64,000 bases of DNA from NCBI GenBank assembly GCA_965644295.1, contig CBFFRP010000412.1, positions 62,001 to 126,000 of the forward strand, in the 5' to 3' direction. Shown here piece after piece: positions 57,937 to 64,000 of this stretch. The position numbers and the translations under genes are program-made. The stretch is from Paraphysomonas bandaiensis. Taxonomy: Eukaryota; Protista; Chrysophyceae. Within the stretch, counting starts at the first letter, position 1; each line of letters opens with the position of its first letter. The notes beneath the pieces were generated by a model. The model saw nothing but the letters and a program-made list of their open reading frames with translations. It was not told where the DNA came from and made no database searches.

Positions 57937-60463
57937 TCCTACAAACCTGGTAAATCGGGGCCCCCACAAACCAAAAAACAGTCCCATATGACCGTCAATA
58001 AACCACCTTAACAAACACTAATTCCTTCAATAACTACACACCCAATCAACTAACACATACAACGCCATGTCCCTCGTATGCACGAGTGTTCATATCATTA
58101 GGACACCTCTCCGCTCATCCATACTACTGCTGCTTTCAACCAGCAATGTGAGGTGAACAACTGTGTTGGCAGTGTTACCTGGTGTCCACCCGCTGTGCTC
58201 CGTAAAGCCTTCATTTACACTATAAACTGGTAAGAATGGAGATAATTAGAGACATTGACTCTATGTGATTTGGTGTGTGTTTTCATATGAAGGCTTGGGA
58301 ATGTTAATACTCTGTCTATAATGTATATATTATATATATAACCTCATAATAGCGGACTGATTCCTTATGCCATAGAGTGACTCTGGGTAGAGGATCTACA
58401 TCGAATATTATTTACTCTCCTCCAAAATACAGCTTGAGTAATCTCTCTGGCTTGTTAAAAGTAACCTATTGGCGTATGCTTGTTTCGTTGCGTGCTCTAC
58501 GTGGAGTGTAGATATCACTCCACTATCGCCCTATAGGAATTGCCATTTGACCTCCCTGGCTTTTCCGGAACGCAACACCTCTCACAGAGATCACCACGTT
58601 TGCTTGATGACTACGTACCATGTACAGTAGGTTCGCGATGCAACTTGTATATATGTTAGTCCTGCCTTGTATGATATGGGTTCTGGATTGATTGTGTAAC
58701 GTTTCCGTGTGCCTTATATATAATATCTAATTAAGATAGTTTCATCCTGCCTTTGTTTGTATTTAGAAATCAGATATCCACGAATTGAAGAAGAAACACA
58801 CTATATTCTACCATGTTATTATACCATTATTTGCTTCACACTGCAACATGTGTATTTAGTTACATACCAAATAATGGTAAGTATTAATGTCCAATATAGT
58901 GGAAAAGCAAATGATCATTAAGTTAAAGAATAACTGGTTAATATCACAGGAAAGAAGACAACAAACTGTAATGAACGTAAAATATAAAAAAGATATTTCG
59001 AATGCTAAATCATAAGCTACCTCGTAATTGTTAGATTTGATAGTACTTTACGCGCATCATTCACTTGCTAAATGCGAACTTCTTCCTTTTCTGCTCTCAA
59101 AGATGTCTTAGCAGCTTGCGTTGCTTTCGTTGCAGCTACCTCTTCTGCCGCGGATAATAAGGCCAACTTTATCAATGATATTGGCCGCCTCCTTTCTTCT
59201 TGTACTCTTTCGGCTTTAGCACAGCGGTCCTCTTCTCTCATAAGCGTGAGCTCTGCTGCACACCGTTTTCTTTAAGCAGGATATCTTGAAGCCATTTCCT
59301 TCTGATACCTTGCAACAAGGCTCTCGTGACTAACTATTTCAGACCAATGACGGATATGGGTCAGTTCGTCTATGTTGATGTTCGTAAGTCCCGGTGATAT
59401 GCCCGAAGCAATCATCTCAGGGTAAGTAACAGTTCCACGAAGTTTTACATATTCGGACAACGTCGGAAGAGAACGTTTCCTGTGATATTAACTAGTTATT
59501 CTTTAACTTAATGATCATTTGCTTTTCCACTATATTGGACATTAATACTTACCATTATTTGGTATGTAACTAAATACACATGTTGCAGTATGAAGCAAAT
59601 AATGGTATAATAACATGGTAGAATATAGTGTGTTTCTTCTTCAATTCGTGGATATCTGATTTCTAAATACAAACAAAGGCAGGATGAAACTATCTTAATT
59701 AGATATTATATATAAGGCACACGGAAACGTTACACAATCAATCCAGAACCCATATCATACAAGGCAGGACTAACATATATACAAGTTGCATCGCGAACCT
59801 ACTGTACATGGTACGTAGTCATCAAGCAAACGTGGTGATCTCTGTGAGAGGTGTTGCGTTCCGGAAAAGCCAGGGAGGTCAAATGGCAATTCCTATAGGG
59901 CGATAGTGGAGTGATATCTACACTCCACGTAGAGCACGCAACGAAACAAACATACGCCAATAGGTTACTTTTAACAAGCCAGAGAGATTACTCAAGCTGT
60001 ATTTTGGAGGAGAGTAAATAATATTCGATGTAGATCCTCTACCCAGAGTCACTCTATGGCATAAGGAATCAGTCCGCTATTATGAGGTTATATATATAAT
60101 ATATACATTATAGACAGAGTATTAACATTCCCAAGCCTTCATATGAAAACATACACCAAATCACATAGAGTCAATGTCTCTAATTATCTCCATTCTTACC
60201 AGTTTATAGTGTAAATGAAGGCTTTACGGAGCACAGCGGATGATCACCTCACATTGCTGGTTGAAAGCAGCAGTAGTATGGATGAGCGGAGAGGTGTCCT
60301 AATGATATGAACACTCGTGCATACGAGGGACATGGCGTTGTATGTGTTAGTTGATTGGGTGTGTAGTTATTGAAGGAATTAGTGTTTGTTTAGGTGGTTT
60401 ATTGACGGTCATTTGGGACTGTTTTTTGGTTTGTGGGGGCCCCGATTTACCAGGTTTGCAGGA
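57937..60463. repeat. Long inverted repeat / foldback structure (arms 57937-58953 and 59476-60463, 522-bp spacer)
   Basis: Arms are reverse complements, differing by a few substitutions and one ~29-bp indel (~58158-58186). Confidence 0.95.
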
Positions 60464-60504
60464 TTTCTCAGCAAAACGAAAACCACTTGCAGTGACCGAA
60501 AACA

Positions 60505-60608
60505 ACTGTACGGTGGTGTACACAGCAGTACAGTACACAGCAGTACAGCACACAGTACACAGCAGTACGAATTTCTACAGAGTAGCACAGTACACAGCAG
60601 CAGCAGTA
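60505..60608. repeat. Degenerate (CAGTA/CACAG) simple repeat
   Basis: tacacagcagtacagtacacagcagtacagcacacagtacacagcagtac. Confidence 0.75.
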
Positions 60609-60874
60609 GGAATTTCCTATGTACATGGACACCTATCCTGGCTATGCTGTTTTCTGTTTTCCCTTCCCTCCCATCTCTACATCTACACTCTGTACTGTAC
60701 GATATCAACTGTACAATTATATACAGTACAGCAGTATCGGAATTATTTTCTGGTTAAACTAACATGTACACATAGACAAGCACATTACTTACCAGTCATA
60801 GTTTAAGCTCTTTTCACTTTATTTAGTATCATTGCTCGTATATGTTATTAACCTGAGTGAAATATTTATTAACT

Positions 60875-62158
60875 ATGGCTTATTTTGGACCGAAAGAGAG
60901 ACACAGAGCAAGAGTGCGACTAGAGAAACCTCTGCCCTCTCTTTCTAAAAGCGATATGCCTCCTACAATTCCTAAGCTATCAATCACACGTAGTGAAAAT
61001 TCAGCTCTAGATAACTCACGACGACATGCATTGCCCTCTCCTCCTCAGTCTCCTCGATCAGCAGCTGTGTTATCACAGCTATCACCTCCGCCACCAGGAA
61101 CCAATAAATCTGGAAAAGGAAGGGAGCCTAGGGAAGAGTCATCCACCAATGGTAGTCATCGCAGGCAAGGTCGTCGCCTCAGACCTTTGAGACGACTTCG
61201 ATCAAGAAGTCTTGGCGACGTTTCTGATTTAACTAGTCACCACGAAAAATCTCTCATTCCTAGTCCACCCAAGAAACCCCAGCAACCTCCTATTCCACAT
61301 GCTCCACCACAGGTGCCCAGTTTGAAAATGGCTGCCAGCGAATCGATAGCTGCCGGGCCCTCTTCGTCACGCAGCCCTGGAGTGGAGTTGACTCACTCGT
61401 CTCCACGGCGTCCTTTACTGATTCGGCAAGGTAGTGTGGATGACTCACATGTCGGACTCAGTAGTAGGAGAGCTGACAACGGAGCTGTTCCTCCGGGCGA
61501 TTTACAGAACACTGGAGGGGTTGGAGGAGACCTATCCCTCCCTGCGTGTTCTCGTACTTCCTGGTCTTGCCCGAAACCCCAATCTCCAGCGCATTCGTCT
61601 TCTTGCAAAGAGCGAATCCTTCCCCAGCGCCCTTCACCGTTTACCCTCATTGATGGTATTGGTATAGCTGTGCCAGATGTAGGGAATGGCGAGTCGAAGC
61701 CTGAAACTGCTGTGTTTGAAACGGTACTGAGTGGACCAAAGCTTTTCTGGCGACGGCGTATGGAAAGCATAATTACTGTATACGATCACACTGGTATGGA
61801 TTGTTTTGAGGTTCTTACCGTTGATGTGAAGACCCGAAGTGTTGTAAACCGCCTCTATATCCGCCCTTCTACAGTGTCTCAATATCAGGGTAAGGAATTT
61901 GCAGCAAAGCTTCACACTATTACCTCTCTACGAAAAGACCTCTTGGAACGTGCCACGCGCTCCTTGTGCGCTGAGTATGTAATGGATGCTATTGAGATTG
62001 ACAGAGAACTGAGTACAAAAGACACCGTCGTTATGGGTATTAAGAGGTTTAATGGTGGGTATAACGCTGTCATATTGTCAGTGTGTATTTTGTTATGCTT
62101 GTCGCAGGAGAAACAGCTGTCATGGAGACTCTTAACATCCCTCGCCCTCCTGATCTGA
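60875..62158 (+). CDS. Unknown protein with Pro/Ser-rich N-terminus and globular C-terminal region
   Basis: ~430-aa ORF; probable intron near 62057-62107; no recognised family. Confidence 0.65.
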   Translation: MAYFGPKERHRARVRLEKPLPSLSKSDMPPTIPKLSITRSENSALDNSRRHALPSPPQSPRSAAVLSQLSPPPPGTNKSGKGREPREESSTNGSHRRQGRRLRPLRRLRSRSLGDVSDLTSHHEKSLIPSPPKKPQQPPIPHAPPQVPSLKMAASESIAAGPSSSRSPGVELTHSSPRRPLLIRQGSVDDSHVGLSSRRADNGAVPPGDLQNTGGVGGDLSLPACSRTSWSCPKPQSPAHSSSCKERILPQRPSPFTLIDGIGIAVPDVGNGESKPETAVFETVLSGPKLFWRRRMESIITVYDHTGMDCFEVLTVDVKTRSVVNRLYIRPSTVSQYQGKEFAAKLHTITSLRKDLLERATRSLCAEYVMDAIEIDRELSTKDTVVMGIKRFNGGYNAVILSVCILLCLSQEKQLSWRLLTSLALLI

Positions 62159-62750
62159 TTCCAGTACCTCAAGATGCCAACCAGACGTCGACATGAATCT
62201 GGGAATGTATACGTACTCTGTTGTGTTGTGTAGTTGTAATGTATGTCAAAGAATTGTCTCGTGTCTATTGTGATTTCATGGCAAGCCGTGAGTAAGCAAG
62301 TCTATGTTATCACCGGATTTGTGGGTTGTAATTAGTATAAAGAAAGTAGTTTTGTATCTATCAGTATCGTTGTCGTTTTACATGGGTTATAGGTTATTAC
62401 CGGTCGGAAGTTATATCCGCTCTTTCTCTACCATTTAGTAAATATAACAGTTTCATCTCCATGTTGTGTAAAACTACAAAACTTCTACCTCTCAACTTTT
62501 GTCATATTAAGTAAACAATATGCAAACGTAGGAAAACATGTTCTCCCTGCTCTTCTTTCTATCTTTGCTTCGGTTTCGACGGGGAGGTCTCATCTTTCGA
62601 CGAAGCTGATTTCTAGTACTGAATGATGCCTCCTCTTGACAACTGCTGGAGTGCCCATCAATGCATGCAGGCAACTCCTCAGAGCTCTCCATCTCTTTCT
62701 TCCGACGACTCTTTTTTCAAGTAGATTTAGAATTAGATAGGTCTTGCTAT

Positions 62751-62980
62751 TCTAGCTACTTACGGCAGGAAATGCTTACATAAAATTCCTTTGAAGCACT
62801 AAGCTTTTGTAGTGGCAATCCTTTTTTCTGCATCTCATGTAATCTACGCAATCAGTCATTCTGATATTGTAATGTAGACATATACATAAATGAAGTGCAG
62901 TATATGAGATCGTGTATAGTGATGCATACCAGCAGTAGGTGTATTGTTGGCAACCCCAAGGGGAGCGACCGAAGGTGCAG
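62751..62980. repeat. Segment homologous to the interior of the 33418-34480 transposon (~33889-34150)
   Basis: Shared tagctacttacg...aaatgcttacat...catacc agcagtaggtgtattgttggcaaccccaagg. Confidence 0.85.
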
Positions 62981-64000
62981 GTCCACTCAATCCACTGTAT
63001 GAGGCTCTGTGCTATAGGCTCGTGACCAAACACTTGCTGCTGATAGTAATCGTGTTTCTGGTCACGAGGGAGTCCAACGAGGAGGTGGCAGAGGCCGTGG
63101 TAGAGAGCGTAGAAGAAATCGGTGTGTTGTGGAGTCGGACTCCAGTGATAACGAAGAGAGCGCCGAGGAGGTGCCGGCAGACGACACAGAGAGCGAGAGA
63201 GCGAGCCGGATAGTGATAACGTAGACAACCACAGTGGCTCAGCGAGTGATGCTAGCAGCAGTTCGGATGATGAAGTCGGAGTATCGTTTGAAGTAGGCAA
63301 CAAAGGGAGGAATATCAGAGGTCTGAATGGTGTAGTTACTGCTGTTGTTGGTAAGTTGTTGGATGATGTGAAGTACACTGAAGGGCGCACCGATAGATTA
63401 AAGCGCAATCAGTTGAAAGCACCTGTAGTTAGAAAGAGTTCTGCGCCTAGATCGTCGTCTAGTTCTGCGCTGGGAACTACTCAATGCAGACCAGTGGGTT
63501 GATAGTAGTAGTATTAGGGCAGACAACGTAGTTACTGATGGTACAAGGAAACGTGCTGTTGGTGTGTCCTATAAGACCTAAATATTAATAAAAATAATTA
63601 TTAACACTATACTTAGCCTAGCGAGTGCGACTTCATGAAAACACATCTTAACACACTCCTTCAATTTGTTGTGGTTGTAGTAAAATTGCTCATTCTGAAC
63701 TAGATATCAGAGAGAATTTGTCGTTAGACGAGATAGATTAATTAATATCGTTTATACGAATTGTGACAAACAACACAATCTCATTTTGCTCCACGCATAA
63801 TCTCCTACATATATGAACCTCTCGAAAAATCAAACTATTTCAGTTTCTCAATATCATCACAGCATTGGTACATCACTATATTTCACTGTATTCTCGTACA
63901 TTGTCTTCAAGTGCCACACTGAATATACTAGAATATAATCTATATACTAACAGTGGTAAGACGTAAGAAGGTGCAACATCCTTTCACATCACTTCTGGAA

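Noticed and set aside
60347-60806. Several overlapping 60-150-aa ORFs
   Set aside because: They arise from simple CAGTA/CACAG repeats and the inverted-repeat tip; no coding signature.

Overview
Eukaryotic, intron-containing, transposon-rich genomic DNA. It is probably a protist; short ~50-nt GT-AG introns and the gene set suggest a stramenopile-like organism, but that is inference. Bases 2350-15492 are a young chromodomain-bearing Ty3/Gypsy element (1106-bp LTRs, TSD GCTG). A second, antisense Ty3/Gypsy (4064-9496, 295-bp LTRs, TSD AGCT) is nested in its gag. The outer element has an IFDN motif in place of the RT YxDD and a gag-TGA-pol in-frame junction. Both elements have a GTAAWWTTAC palindrome in place of a tRNA primer-binding site. 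A decayed Copia with TA...TT LTR termini lies at 26830-32444. Non-autonomous DNA transposons (hAT-like, Mutator-like, TA-flanked) and a 2.5-kb foldback inverted repeat are also present. A ~510-bp structured SINE-like retroposon occurs in seven full or partial copies. It shares a ~50-nt stem-loop motif, with compensatory changes, with the 3' ends of two truncated LINE-like remnants, which suggests a LINE/SINE partner system; its 5' head partly resembles an HDV-like ribozyme. Host genes are a PDK/BCKDK-like kinase, HD hydrolase, SDR, acid ceramidase/NAAA, sulfotransferase-like protein, SET/SMYD protein, a tandem double two-pore K+ channel-like protein with EF-hands, a GPR89/GTG-like protein and two unknown proteins. 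All alignments and folds were done by eye; no database searches were run.
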